A DNA stretch of 64,000 nucleotides, taken from assembly GCF_009914755.1 (NCBI RefSeq), contig NC_060925.1; one strand, 5' to 3'. The notes beneath the pieces are model-generated. The model was not told where the DNA came from and made no database searches. It saw only the letters and a program-made list of their open reading frames with translations. Below are positions 1-19,561 of this stretch, one piece after another (within the stretch, counting starts at the first letter, position 1; every line of letters begins with the position of its first letter). The position numbers and the translations under genes were made by a program. The DNA is from the human T2T-CHM13v2.0 reference genome, Homo sapiens.

Positions 1-855
<855 letters not shown>

Positions 856-1876
856 AGGACTTGTGTTTTCAAAGGCTGCGGGTGGACATGGACGGGTGAA
901 GGCCAGGGCCTTTCAGGCTTACTGAGGACTTCCCCTTTTCCGTTCTGTAGTGCACAGCCTCACAGAGCCTTGGGCCCAGCTGAGCCCAAGGGGTTCAGGT
1001 AGCCCCCACGTGAGGCAGAAAGGGGGTTTCTCAGAAGCCCTGGGATGCCCCAGCAGCGTGCTGCTTACAGAGCCCCAGGGTCCAAGGCTCAGCTCTCCCC
1101 CTTAGAAGGGTAGGGCAGGAGCACTAGCCCCGGTTAGATGACAGCTGGGACCAGGAGCTGCTGGTGGAGACACGAGATGGTCTCCTGCTGTGAGGGGCTT
1201 CCCCGGACTCCACCAGGCCCTTCCTTTCCCAGAGCCTCCACGTGGGTCAGGGAGTCAAGGACGGCAGCCACCTCCTCAGTGTGGACACAGGCCCCGCCCC
1301 CACGCCCTGCAGCCAGGTGAACTGACAGACACCAGGGGTAGATCTGGGGCTGCTGATAAAAAGGAATGAGCCCCCACGGCCTGTGGCAGAATCAGGGACC
1401 ACCCCAGGCAGAGCCTCCAGCCTTCTAAGGGGGAGAGTTGAGCCCTGGGCCCTGGGGCTCTCTAAGCTGAGAGTTGCTAGGGGCTTCCCAACAAACTCCC
1501 TTTCTGTCCCAGGTGGGGGCTGCCTGAACCCCTGGGCCGTGGGAGCAGCCAGACTCCGTGAAGCTTTGCACAAAGGAAGGGAAAAGGGGAAGTCTGCAGT
1601 GGACTTGAAAGGCCCTGAGTGATTAGGACCTGGACCAGGAGTGGGAGAGAGACCCAGAGAGGAGGCACAGCCTGCTCAAGGCCACACAGCAAGCCAGTGA
1701 TGACCACAGCTGGTGAATCAGCCTCTCTAAAACACCATTTCTGTACCTGTCAGCTCCACCAGGCAGGGACGCTTGTCTGGTTCACCAGCATATCACTGGC
1801 ATTTAGAATATTGCCTGGCACATAGAAGATGCTCAATAAACATTAGTTGAATGAGTCCATCTGTAAAATGGGCTGA

Positions 1877-2366
<490 letters not shown>

Positions 2367-2863
2367 TAGTCTGGTCAGGGGTAGGGGAGGCTTTGGGGGA
2401 AGGAGGCACCTGCTGAAGTTGATAACATCTCTGGGCTAACTGGTTTTCCAGCTTGCTGTGACTGGCAGCACCCACGAGCCCAGGGGAAGAGACTGGAGCC
2501 TCCTCACTCCCCAGCCTGGAAGCTCAAGCCTCAGGGTCCCAGCTGATCCCCAGCTCCCCGACCCACACAGCCCTGTCCAGCTGCTCAGGCCCTGGGACAG
2601 CCAGAGCAGGTGTGAGGGGGGCAGAGTGAGCTCCTGGGCTCCAGGACCCTCCTGGGAGGGTGGCCACTGGCCTTGGGGCCACCTGCTCTTCGCCCCTCCT
2701 CACTCTGCCCTGAATGGGGGTCTGGACCCCTTGTTCCCCTCCATCAGCCACTGGAGCTCCTGCTGGGAGGGCCAACCCTCCCAACTCAATCTCCCTGAGA
2801 CCCAGAGCCTGGGACTTGCCCAGCCCAGCTCCTGCCAGCCCCGTACCTCCCAACTGAGAGGTC

Positions 2864-3050
2864 CTTTTTCTTTTTCTTTTTTTTCCCCACCTGGAGATGG
2901 AGTTTCACTCTTGTTGCCCAGGTTGTAGTGCAATGGCGCGATCTTGGCTCACTGCAACCTCCGTCTGCCGGGTTCAAGCGATTCTCCTGCCTCAGCCTCC
3001 TGAGTGGCTGGGATTACAGGCACGCGCCACCACACCCGGCTAATTTTGTA
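2864..3050 (-). mobile_element. Truncated Alu (right arm only)
   Basis: GAGATGGAGTTTCACTCTTGTTGCCCAGG...CACACCCGGCTAATTTTGTA, after which similarity stops. Confidence 0.9.
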
Positions 3051-5593
3051 TGAGAGATCCCTTTTCTACAAGGGCTCAGAGGGAGGGTCCCACGTGGCAG
3101 CAGCCCCGAGGTCACTGTGACAAGTCCTCTGCTTCTGGGAAGACTTGGCCCCATGAACGGGATAGACGGGGAGGTGTGGGGGATGTGCAGGACATTCCTG
3201 CAATCTCAAGCACTTTCTATTATAACACCCCAAGGTGTAGCCCTGGAATTAGCTGAGCCTCCCCGAGGCTGTCCAGCCTTCCAGCTCCTCTGCAGCGTGT
3301 CACTTCCATGTCTCATGGCCACCCACAGCCCCTCCCTGGGCAGGATCGAGTTTCCCACCAGCAGGTCCGGGAGCCCTTCCTCCCTCAGCACTCACCCACG
3401 CGCCAGCGAGAGAGCTGAGCCTTGTGAATAATTCACAGCAATTCACAGCAGGCCCCAGAGGCTCGCAAGAGCATGAAGCTGGGCCACCTGGGTGCCCTGA
3501 TTGGGCCCTGTGGCCTGGGGCAGCTCAAGTCTCTGCCCTACCCAGCTCCCAGCCTTCATATCCACAGCCTCGGTGAGCAGGAATCCCTACCCCCAAGATA
3601 GGAGGTTAAGTGGGTACCCCAGCCCCCAACCCCAATTCCCAGCTGCCCTTCCTGCATAAGCCCAGCCTGGCAACCACAGAAAGACACCTTCTTATCAGTC
3701 GAGTCACATGCTGCTGTGGGGAACGGAGCCCAAGCCCTCTGTCCACCTCCCTGAGATTCATGGTGACTCCTGGGGGGCTGGCAGCTCATCAGTCCAGGCC
3801 ATCTGGCCACTGGGTCGGCACCAGCGCCCAGTCACACACAGCACCTGGCATGGCCTGGGAGGGGGTCAGGGTTCCCCAGCCCCGGAGCCCTGGAGGGCGT
3901 TCCACAGCACAGCCAGTCTTCCTAACACCTGGGATCCAGCCCACGGAGGGATCGTGGCTTCTCAGTGAGGAAGGCTTAGGGGCCGGCGGTCCCCACCAGC
4001 ACTTGCATAAGGCGGGCTCAGCGTCTTCCAGTTCACACTTGGGCCATATTGGTCCCGCCATCAGGGGCACCTGCCCCTCTCAAGACCTGTCCTTCTCCTC
4101 TGCTTGAAGTGAGGGGGTGGGACAGGTGCATCAGAATCACCGCCATGAGGGTGGGGACATGTCCCAGGTGTGGCTCCCAGGCCCCAACCTGGAGAGTCTA
4201 ACTCAGGAATCTGGGACAGCCTCCAAGAAGTGTTGACAGGAGCCAGTTGGAACCCTCTACTCAAGGGTCCCTGGGTCCCTCCTAGTCTAAATCCCACTGA
4301 CTTTGACATGATCCAAACCCTAGTTTGTTTGGAAGCAGTGAATTCATACCAAAGCAGCCACCAAGAAGGCCTGGCAGGGCTGGTTGTGAAGCACCCCTTC
4401 CTCCGGGTGCTGCCTGTTGGGTCTCCCACTAACCAAACCAGGGAGCCCCTTCTTAGCAAGGATGGAACCAGGCCCAGCTCCCTTGTCCTGGGCTGAGGGG
4501 ACCACTGGAGCCCGGCCTGGTGGGTCCTAGGGCCACCCTACATCCACGCCAGTGTGCCTGGGCCCAAGAGGCTGCAGCTGTGGCTACCTTGCCACATGGC
4601 CATATGGCCAGAACTGGCCTCCAGCTTGCTCCCTGGTGGCCAGGGGCCCTGCAGGCACACCCAGAAACTGACCAGTGGTGGGGACAGGCCAGACCCTCTC
4701 ACCTCGTAGCTGCTCTCGTCCTGAGGCTGGGTCCACATTCACATTTCCATCTCAGGCTCCCACTTAGACTAACGAGGGTCACCCATCAGAGTAACCCACT
4801 CCCCGCTCAGACCCCTGTGGCATCTGGCACCCTACCCTCTCAGACAGGGCCTGGGCAGCTTTTCCCAGGATCCCTGCCTCCCCAGGCGCACCTAAGACCT
4901 GAGTCTCTTCCTCCCTCCCCAAGACTCACACATGCCACCTGCTCTGTTCGACCCCCCACCCCACCCGGGGGAGCTCCCAGACCACTCCCCAGGAGGTTTG
5001 GGATCCCCATGCTTCCCTTGATAGTGGGAATGGGCTGAGGGGCCACAGGAGATAACAAGTTGCTTTCTGGATGGCCTCCAGCCAGGGGCTCTGGGGTCAG
5101 GAGGTGGGGTGGGGGTTGGGGAGGGGCCTTTCTCCCTTAACTGCTTGGTAACTAATGGGGTTCCCTTTCTGCCTGTTTGACTAGGGCCTAGGAGGCGCTC
5201 CTGCCCTTGCTGCCCCCAACTCCATTCTGAACAGTCTTGCAAATGAGCACAGCCTGAGCCAGAGAGAGCCCCTGCGGCAGAAGCAGCCCAAGGGGAACAG
5301 GTGACCTTGGCCTGTGTGCCCAGCCTCCCAGGTCCAGCTGCGTGCGGCCGGGCAGCTGAGGATGTTGGGAGCACCTGCTTGCAGGGCTCTGGGGGCAGCC
5401 CCAGAAGGGGTTTTCCAGGAGGGGAAGATTTCATGTTGAGTGGGAGCCATTTCTCTGGCCTGGCCCTCTGGCCCCAGGATGGCTACTGGAGGGATCATTG
5501 CCCTGGAGTGCCAGAGAAGTGTGGAAAATCCCAGGCATCCCCCAAAGCCCTGGCCCGGCCCACCCAGAGGACCCCTTAAGAGGAGTGATCTTA

Positions 5594-5989
<396 letters not shown>

Positions 5990-6806
5990 CTAATTGGCCC
6001 TCTCTGAACCGTACGTAGCCAATAGGCAGCACCGTGCAGGGTTTTCAGAGGCTGCAGGTCCTGACTGCGAGCTGCCTACACGACAGGCACCTGGTTGTCA
6101 TGGCAGGAGACTGGCTCCAGGCCCAGGGCCACAGCCCTGACTCCCAGGGGCTCAGGGAATGCCTGAAGGAGTGACACAGGGTTACTGGGCTGAGCAGGGC
6201 CAGGAAGGGGGGCTGTGGGGCTGTACCAAGCTAGCATCAGGATTGGGGGGCAGCCCCTGCATCCAACACTTGCCCCCTCTCTCTCCACCCTTCCTAGGTG
6301 TCACGTGGGAACAGAGACCTCCACCTTGGTGCGCCTCCAGCAACCCAACCTCAGTGCCTTAGTCAGGCAATAAGGGCCCTGGGGACTGGTTTGGGTAGGA
6401 AGGACACACCAAATGAGCAGGAGGAATTTCCCCATAGAGGCGAAGAGAATCCAGAGATGGTGAGGGAGAAAAGCACATAAGAAATTAAAAACAAATGCAA
6501 ACAAACAAGGTTGAAACAGGGCTGGAGGGTGTGAATGTGGTGATTCTTCTCTTCCTGAGGAGACAGGGTCCTGCGAGTTTTGTCACAAGTCAGGAAGCTC
6601 CATCAGCTCTGCAACACCTGAGTCCTGGATGGCGGGAGATGATGGCTTAAGATATCTGGGTGCAAAGCCTGAGGCCCTGCCTGTAACTCCGACTCCCTCA
6701 AGGGCAGCTGAGAGGGAGGACTCAGGGCACTGGGGAAAGTCAGCAGACCCAGTCACAGAATTAGAATAAGGTGGAGCTACGCAGGGAAGACAACACCAAC
6801 TATTTC

Positions 6807-7135
<329 letters not shown>

Positions 7136-7539
7136 AACACCAACTATTTCATTGGCAGTAGAAGAATCACACTCTGCAGCTACTGAGAGGTGGAGGTGAA
7201 GCCACCCTGCCGAGCAGCCAACCTCACTTTTTGGTTATTATCCTTGTGCCGATGCTGCCGGACAAACTCTCTCTACAAATCTCAGCATGTGGAAGAAACA
7301 GAGGCAGGAACAATTGCCCAGCACCTTTCTATTTCTCGAGGACACTCTTGAAGTTATTCATCAATGTTTTAATTAAAGCAGATCTTATCGCTTTTCCTCA
7401 AATGGGAACTTGTTCACTTTTAGACTTTGTTATTGTTCATTTTGGGCTTATCTTTGGTCTTTTCCTGTGCTCTTAAAAGGGTGCAAATCAAAATCTGAGT
7501 TATGATAATCCACTTATCATATGACTAATTACTTCAGTA

Positions 7540-7960
7540 CAAGGAATTCCTGCCTGTCTGTCCAATATGAATCTTACTACGTCCCAATGTCACATTGGCT
7601 TCTTTTCCTTCTCGGTGGCAGCATTTGGAGCTTTTACTTAACTTAGGGTCAATTTCGACCTCTGAATTTTCCACCCCTCCCCCACAGCTGTTGCTGGGTC
7701 ATGCTGTTTTCTTTTATCTCTATAAATATTGTGACTTGTAATTGTCACTTATAAATTCATTGTGGCTATACTGAATCATTCCCCCATTATCCAAGTCATC
7801 CAAATATTCGATGTGCATTTCCACAAATCATGTAGTGGCCCCCTGATTGGGGATGATTTGTAGAATTAATTATATGCTTTACATCTCCATTTAGGTCTTC
7901 AGGTCACCAATACATTAAGCAGAGCAGGGCCCTGAACAGCTTATATGGATCAACGATTGA
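7540..7960 (-). mobile_element. Old CR1/L3-like LINE fragment
   Basis: Degenerate resemblance to L3 consensus segments (ATCCAAGTCAT, ACATTAAGCAGAGCAGGGCC); recognised by eye only. Confidence 0.45.
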
Positions 7961-9144
7961 CAGAGCTGTCGGGGTTGCTGCAAAGCCACTGACTTTTGCT
8001 GTTCCCCGTAACAAAGTATGTTCAAATCTAGGTCACAGGTTTGTGGTAGGGTCGATTCACAGTATACATGTGCAATGGCGTTCAGTAGCATAGCAGTTGA
8101 GGTTGTGAAGACATGTGCACCCAGGTCAAAGAAGAAAGATCCTTAGACAAAGCCGCTCAATTCCCAGGCACCCAATCTTCCTTGGGCTTTGTGAACCTGA
8201 GATTTGACAGGCTCTTGGGAATGTCTGTCTCTAAGACTCTGTTGGCAGGCTTAATCAGGCTGGTGGCCATCTCCATATGTGCCCCCCTAGCATTTGTGAC
8301 AAAATAAAGGAAGGGGGACCCAATAAAGCTACTTCTGAAAGCTTATGATCCCACCCCTCATTTAAACTATGTGATGTTGTCATTCTATATAAACTCTTTC
8401 CAAGTAACTTAACTAAAACACACTTTGCCATTAGTCTTGAGTGTGGGCACAGCATTATTCTTTTCTAGGCCTTAAGGGTTCCTTCTGCTTAAAAATAATG
8501 TCTAACTTTCATGAAGTTTACCCATGATTAAAGTGCCTTCTGAATATATATTATCTTGTTCTATTGGTTTCAATATACCTATTTTCTTTAAAAAGAAAAA
8601 AATGATGAACCATGAGTGTTAACACCAGAAAAACCTTAAGGTACATCTGATCTAATTTCCCACTTTAAAGTGAGAAAATCAAACAGTGCCTAGGGGTCTG
8701 ATTTTTCCCCAGGCTAATTCGGGTTTTCATATTTCCATCTCAAAGTGGACTTTCTTTGGCTAACTTTAAGTTTTAAACTTAAAGGCCTGAAAAGTAACTC
8801 AGGATCTAGCTTTTTCATTAGTTTTGATCGTGTATGAAAGCAAATATTTCTTTCCCCCAAATGAAACCCCCGGGCTTCCAGTATTTGTAGTGATAGTGTG
8901 AATCCATTAGGTCTATTTTTAATTATATCTCTCTTATTGGTTATTTTTTTCACATTTCCTAACTCATTTGTGATATTGCTTCCATATAATTCAACTTTTT
9001 GTGCGCTGGGTTCCCATTTGCCCCACAAAGGCCTATGTGCAAATCTGATATCCTGTTTGAATGACATTGTTTTGTTTTTACCTTATTGCTTCCTATCTTT
9101 CACAACAATGTTGTCAGTTCTCAACATTAAGGCATTAAAAATTA

Positions 9145-9410
9145 GCTTTTCTCAAATGCTCAGCATCATTAATCATTAGGGAAATGCAAATTAAAACCAT
9201 AATGAATATCATCTCACACCTGTTAGAGTGGCATTTATCAAAAAGGTGAATGATGTGTTAGACATAATGCAGAGAAAAGGGAACACACACATTGTGAATA
9301 GGTATGTAAATTAGTACAGCTGGTGTGGAAAACAGTATGGAGTTTCCTCAAAAAACTAAAAATAGAATCTACCCTATGATCCAGGAACCCTATTTCTGGG
9401 TACATATCCA
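9145..9410 (+). mobile_element. Old L1 (L1M) ORF2 3' fragment
   Basis: ATGCTCAGCATCATTAATCATTAGGGAAATGCAAATTAAAACCATAATG...GTGGAAAACAGTATGGAGTTTCCTCAAAAAACTAAAAATAGAA. Confidence 0.88.
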
Positions 9411-9950
9411 AGAGAAGCTTCAGAGAATGCTTTGTTGGGTTTTCTGGAACCTGGCAGGGCTCAGGTGTGTGGGGATGCGCTCTGTGAGCCTGTGTTTCCT
9501 CCGCCGTGAGGGCTCCTCCCGCTCCTGTAGGAAAAGGCAGTGCCCCTTTTGTCTTGTCCATGTGGGACTCCAAAGGGTCCAGACGCGACAGAAAGGCGGC
9601 AAATCCTCTCAGAGTGGGCAGGGGAGGAGATAGAATAGGGGAGGAGATAGAATATGGGAATGGGGCAGTAGAGGGGTGGGATTTCATGAAATTTCCTGAT
9701 TCAAGGCTATCATGAAGTAGGCCTCTTTGGGAGCTCGGCCCTCCAGTCGCTGGTGAGGGTAACATCCCACCAGTCTCTGGTGAGGTCCAGTCGCCTCCGC
9801 CGACTGCATTGAAAGCCAAAAGCAGAACTAGGCCAGCACCGCGGCCTGGCGTCCAGTGACCCAGCGGTCTGCATATTCCCCAGGGTGGAAGCACTCGGAC
9901 TTCAGGTTTGAAGGCAATGCGGTCACCACTGCAATAAGAAAAGCAACTAG

Positions 9951-10142
<192 letters not shown>

Positions 10143-10619
10143 TGATTTTAATGTCTTCAAGCAAAAAGAGACTCTTTCTGCCTGTTGGCCATCTGCTGCC
10201 AGGTGAACGTGAAAATCCATCGAGACGCTTTCTGTGAAAACCGCCTTTATCTCTTTGTCCCTCTTAGGTTAAAATCCGCACTCCAAAACCTTATTGAACA
10301 GAAAAATTACAAAAAGCACATATAAGACGTTTCAGTTTTGTAAAGGGTAAAATGAAACTGCCCTTCAAGAAGAATCAGAAGACCGACGAGGGAGAGAGGA
10401 GCGATCGTGAAATCTAAGTGGGCTGCCCCCGGGTCTTCCAGGGTTTTGTACTCGGTGGCTTGGCCTGAGTTGATGTGCCCATATTTTCAAACAGCCAAGT
10501 GCCCTGAGACACAGCCTTTGCTACGGTACCTGCTGAAATCTGGAAGTGTGATTAACTATTACTTAAATTGAGTGGGGCAGACTAAGAGACAGCAGCAGTG
10601 AAGGATGCCCTTTGGGAGA

Positions 10620-11030
10620 AAGACGTCGAGGCGCTGAGGCCAAAGGGTCCGTGAGGAAAGAGCCCGCAGCTCGCGCCCCTCGGCCTGCGGAAGGGAGGGC
10701 AAGGAGGGTCCTACGGTTCCTGGGAGGACGCGAAGAGCCAAGAGCTCTGACAGCTGGCGCCGGGGAAAAGGCCCCGAGGCGGGGTCCGCATCCCTGGAAG
10801 GGCGGCGTCCACACTCCTGCGAGGCACGGGGCGCCCGGGGCTCGGAAGCTCAAAGCCCGCCGGCTTCTGCAGCTTCTGGAGCTTCTGGGAGCCAAGAGTG
10901 TCAGCCGGAAGGATCCCGCACACGGCGCTTAGTTCTGGAACTGGATACCCGGGGGAGGATGCGGGATCCCGAAGCCCGGGTGTGGGTCCCCGTGGTCTTC
11001 GTGTTGGGGGTAGGTGCGGAACGCTAAGCC
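10620..11030. promoter_or_regulatory. CpG-rich island upstream of the tRNA-Val pseudogene
   Basis: Dense CpG and GC content relative to the flanks. Confidence 0.6.
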
Positions 11031-11192
11031 TGGGCCTACTGGGAGCCATAGTCTTCTTGATGGCTGGTGCTTATTGGGCTTTTTTCAGTCGAATTTCAAA
11101 ATGCAGTTGAATTTCTTACTTTGGAAACGATAATAGAAATGGCTGACCTCAGATTTTCATGATTATGTTTTGCCTTTTCCAGTGTATGTGCA

Positions 11193-11265
11193 GTTTCTGT
11201 AGTATACTGGTTATCATGTTTGCCTCACATGTGAAAGACCCTTGGCTCGAGACTGGAGGGAAACA
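11193..11265 (+). pseudogene. tRNA-Val(CAC) pseudogene
   Basis: 73 nt GTTTCTGTAGTATACTGGTTATCATGTTTGCCTCACATGTGAAAGACCCTTGGCTCGAGACTGGAGGGAAACA, colinear with tRNA-Val. Anticodon CAC at 11226-11228. B-box is degraded (GGCTCGAGAC), there are many CpG-type transitions, and a T-run follows at 11269-11274. Confidence 0.88.
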
Positions 11266-12911
11266 TGGTTTTTTGGTTTTTCTTTTTGTCCCTAAATTTA
11301 GTGAGTTTAATCGAGGTTGGGAAACAAACAGAAAAGTAGTTGAACCTGTGGCTACACTTTAGACCTCCTCAATCTAGACAGATTGTTGACCAGGCTACAG
11401 TTTCCACTGGTCTGCCAGCAAGAGGCCTGCTTAATGTTAGCTTTGGTTCCAGAAATTCCTTAAGATTCTCTTCATTCTCTTCTGTCGCCTGAATTTTCAT
11501 AGGCTGACACTGAAAGTGGATGACATCTTAATGCATTTCCTAAGTGTCCCGCTGGGCTTCGCTTTACTCTGATAAGTTGCAGATCTGGCTGATTTGCGAG
11601 ACAAAAACAAAATATTTTTTTAAAAGGTTCTAAATCTGCATCTGGAACTCGTAGAGTCAATAATCTGAAACCACACGAATTATCTACATACAAAAGATTT
11701 TGAATGCATACCCCTTCCCCAAATAATCCTCAGAAAACCGGTTAAGTTTTAGCATCTATGACTCTGAGATGCATATGAGGCCTTTGTAAATTTAGAAGTT
11801 GAGAGTAGAAAGTACAGGTTTGTATTTTAGAAGGAGATTTGGGAATAAATATAGCTCTGGTGGATATAGATCATATGTTAAGGTTTGTTGGCCAGAGCTG
11901 GTGTGTGTCTTGGGTGTTGGGCAAAGAACAGAGAACAGCCAAAGCTCTGCGAGGTCAATGTGAAGGGTGATTTCCTTGGTGGGCTCAAGTTTATGACGCA
12001 GCCTGGACCTAGCTTGGCTTCTCAGCTAGAGAAGAAGCATGATTCCATGTCACAGCTCCTGTCTTTGAAAAAGTCATAATGACTCCCAGACCCAACATGT
12101 GGGGAAAACTCTGGATTTGTCTCTTCAGTTGAATGTCTCCGTTGAAAATTGAGGAAAGAAATCTCTCTACTATTTGAACTTCATCAAAAGACGAATATGT
12201 TAATATTTTGACCGTCAATATTTCCTTAAACTAGTCTACTCCTTTCATAGCTAATACATCAAAGCATATTAACTTAGGAAATGGGATTCTCCCAAACAAG
12301 GAAACATTGACGGCAAGGGTTCTTAATCTTTTCACATCACATTTCCTTCAAATGCTTTATACATCTTCAAGCAGACAAATAATAGTATTATAATGATTAC
12401 GAGACCGATCATTACTCTTTTGCCAAAAAAACCAGCGACAAAAGACTAACTTAGTGGACCAACCTTTGTTTCTTCATTATCTGTACATTGATTCTGTCCT
12501 TTTATTTTGTCTTTCTTCTAATTCTGCTTCTGCTTCTTGTTTCCTCCCTGGATTTGAACTTTATTTACCTAAACTACCAGTTAGGTTACCTTCTCAGAAC
12601 CTCTAAGGCAGCAGTTTGAGATTGACAATGGAAGATTTAAGATTAGAAAAAAGAAACATGAATGAATTTCTGATGTTTTATTATAGGGGTTTATAATGCA
12701 GGTAGAAAGACCTTTTTCAGAGTTAAGAGTTTGATCCACCAAATGAGCTATTTTGATATTTATAACTTTGTCTAGTAAAAGTTTCCTATAAAAACATTTG
12801 GTTTGGATGTGTTTGTTAGCTTTTAGTCGACACTTGAAAAAGGCGGTTGGAAGTTTCTAAGTCTTTTTGGATACTCTTTTCTCTTATCCTCCAGGCCATG
12901 GGTGTGTAGAG

Positions 12912-12983
12912 GCGTTGGTGGTGCAGTGGTAGAATTCTCGCCTCCCACGTGGGAGACCCGGGTTCACATTCCCGGCCAATGCA
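12912..12983 (+). tRNA. tRNA-Gly(CCC) variant with a 1-nt T-loop insertion (possibly non-functional)
   Basis: GCGTTGGTGGTGCAGTGGTAGAATTCTCGCCTCCCACGTGGGAGACCCGGGTTCACATTCCCGGCCAATGCA. Anticodon CCC at 12944-12946; T5 terminator at 12992-12996. Confidence 0.9.
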
Positions 12984-13553
12984 GCAGGTACTTTTTCATT
13001 TCATTATGGCCCTTTACCCGTCTTTTACGCTGCAAAATTATACTGCATAACCTAATAGTGCATTTAGGGGCTTGGCCACCACAAGGTAAAGTGACAACAT
13101 TACTCACGAGAGTAGCGGCAAGAGACATTCAGGACACTAACCCAGGACCCATGCAATTGTTGGACTCAAACAGCTTAGCAAAGTGGCAAGCACGAAGTCT
13201 TTCCGGTGAGTCACTGCAGTTTTGATATTGGTACCTGTTACTTTCATCTATTCACGGGGCGGATCCCTGCAAACCCGAAGAATCATCAGGTTCCTGATTC
13301 GCGTGCTGGACCTTGGGCTTACTGCTGAGCCGCTGTAGAGAGGACCAAGAAATGACGCTCTTGGAAGGAGAGAAGCTGCGGGCAGGACAGTCACGTCAGA
13401 GGTCCAAGAGGCTTCAGCGACCCAAAGAAAGGGAAGGTGTGTGGGGAAGAATCTGCGTGGAGATGAGGGGAGCGGCGGGGACTGGTCCTTGCGCAGAGGT
13501 GGCCAGTGGACCCTCAGGGCTGTACCCCAGACACCGTGAACCGAATTTGCTCA

Positions 13554-14051
<498 letters not shown>

Positions 14052-14205
14052 TTAAAATTATGTAGCAGAATGGGGAGAGAAACGGAGAAGCGCATGAAAG
14101 AGAGAAAAGCACGAAAATCGGCGGCGTCCAAGAATAAAGCAGATAAAATAGTGTGAGTGTTTTTACATTCAAAAAATAGAAGAAGTGCAATGCTTGTCAG
14201 CAGGC

Positions 14206-14277
14206 TTTGTGGTCGTGTAGTGGTTAATACTTGTAGTTGTGGTTGCCACAACCTCGGTTCTAATCTGAGTCACAGTA
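14206..14277 (+). pseudogene. tRNA-His(GTG) pseudogene
   Basis: 72 nt colinear with tRNA-His (TAGTGGTTAATAC...TTGTGG...CAACCTCGGTTCTAATCTGAGTCAC). Anticodon GTG at 14239-14241; acceptor and anticodon stems are disrupted. Confidence 0.85.
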
Positions 14278-14869
14278 GTGTTTTCTAGCCTGCGATTGTG
14301 GCTAATAGACCTGTCGTTTGCTTTGCCTTTAATCCTAGCAGCCTCCAGAGAGCAGAGTAAACCTCTGGCCCCGAAGGGCGCCAGCTTCTGGAGTTTAGCC
14401 CACAGCGCAGAAACTAGGGGGCGGCCTGGCCGATAGGAAAACTTGGACATGCTCTTTGTCTCACAATTGAGCAGGAAAAATTCCCGTAGGTGAAGATGCC
14501 GCCTCTCAAGGGCCCTTTGTCTGTAGCTTCCACTGGTGAAATAATGCGGTTATAGTCTTTTTCGGTAGAGAAAACGGCTGTATCAGTGGAATTTTTTAAA
14601 AACACAAAACGAGAACGAGTTTTTAATGAGTTGACAATAAAATCTAAACTAGTTGTCATGGTCTGCACCGGCTTGCCTCCATTCCCCATACGCTAATTTT
14701 TATGAGAACAGTAAATTATTACTATTATTATTGTTTTTGAGACGTAGTCTTGTTCTGTCACCCAGGCTGGAGTGCCGTGGCTCAATCTCGGCTCACTGCA
14801 ACCTCTGTCTCCCAGGTTCAAGCAATGAGAACAGTAAAGAAGCTACAGTTCACATAAAGTGCACAAATC

Positions 14870-15790
14870 TTTAGTGCAATTTGTTTAGTTTTGATCAATG
14901 TTATCACCACCCAGCTCAAGTTATAGAAAATTGCCATCATCTGAGAAAGGCCTGTTAGAGCCCCTGTCCAGGTGATTCCCACCCTGTGTCCTCTTAGTTA
15001 TCACTATTCTGATGTCTATTCCCACAGGTTACAATTGCCTGTTCTTAAAGTTCACATGAATGAATGTACATATGTTTTGTGTCTGGCCTTTTTCTCCAGT
15101 TACATTCATTATACTCATGAGATATATCCACGTAGTTTCATAGATCACTTCTCAATTTTGGGGTTATTGATTTCTTGTGCTGAATATTCTTATAACAGTC
15201 TTTGTGTGCACTTGAGATTCATGGAAGTCCTTCAATTGCTGGGTCATGACCTGAGTATAAGTTTAACATCAGTATAAATTGCCAGTCTTCTAGAATGCTT
15301 TTTCGCCAGCGATGACAGTTGAAGTGGCACCAAATTCTTGTCAGCATTTGGTGTACTAACTTTGTTAAATGTAGCTATGCTCTCAGACCAGGCTGGCCAA
15401 CATGGCAAAACCCTGTCTCTACTCAAAATACAAAAATTAGCTGGGCATGGTGGCATGCACCTGTAGTCCCAGCTACTCCGGAGGGGGATGTTGCAGTGAG
15501 TCAAGATCGCACCATTGCACTCCAGCTTGCGTGACAGAATGAGACCCTGTCTCAGAAAAAAAAAAAAAGTAGCCATACACTGGTGAGTGGTTAGTGCTAT
15601 CTCAGTGTGGAATTAATTTGTATTTGCCTAATGAGCAATCCTATGAAGCATATTTTCTTATGGCTTCCAGCATATAAGAAACTCTCCTTTGCAAAGGACT
15701 ATTCAAATATTTTGCCCTATTTTATTTGGCTTAGCTCTATATTACTGACTTACAAAAGTTCTCTTATATATTCAAGAATTGAGTCTTGTT
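14870..15790 (-). mobile_element. Old L1M fragment, containing an Alu fragment at ~15384-15568
   Basis: Degenerate L1 3'-end motifs (TTAATTTGTATTTGCCTAATG, CTATTCAAATATTTTGCCCTATTTT). Appears to resume after the L1PA at ~17650. Confidence 0.6.
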
Positions 15791-15796
15791 TTGACG

Positions 15797-18631
<2,835 letters not shown>

Positions 18632-19094
18632 AAGCATTTAATTTGATGAAATTTTGCCATATTTTTTCTTTATTTTTAAAGCTTGTTATGTTCTATAAGA
18701 AATCTTTCTACTCAGGATAGTGAATGTATTCTCTTAATTTTATCTCTCTATGAGTTCCAGCGTTTTAGTTTTAATTTTTAAATTGATGACATCTAAAATT
18801 CTACTCCTAACCAAAACATTCCTGGGGGTGACCAAGGACAACTCCAAAAATCTTCCATAAATGGAAGTAAGACTTACTCCTTGAAGAACTTACTGGGATC
18901 TCGGCCTGCAGGGCACAGTGGCTTTAGTGCACCTCTGCTCTTAAGACTATTCAGAAATTGTCTTTGTGAACCCATCAGGCTGTTTCAAAATCAGCAATTT
19001 AGGGCTTGCTTGCAACATGCAGTTATGCAGCAGCTGTTTTGTGGATCTGGTGAGTGCCTGCACGCATAGTTCCCCGGGAATTTTCTGAATTTGA

Positions 19095-19431
<337 letters not shown>

Positions 19432-19561
19432 AGTTGTCTCTTTCTTTTGCCTACTGCCACACACGTACCACCAAATCCTGCACTCCAAGCTGCTTCTACA
19501 CCCTGGACTCCCAACCTCCAGTTAGACAATCCACATCTTCCCACACCTGCCTCAGGCTCCA

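Noticed and set aside
6650-6700. Loose resemblance to a PDE4DIP C-terminal coding stretch
   Set aside because: It needs several gaps over a very short span and has no splice context, so it is probably coincidental.
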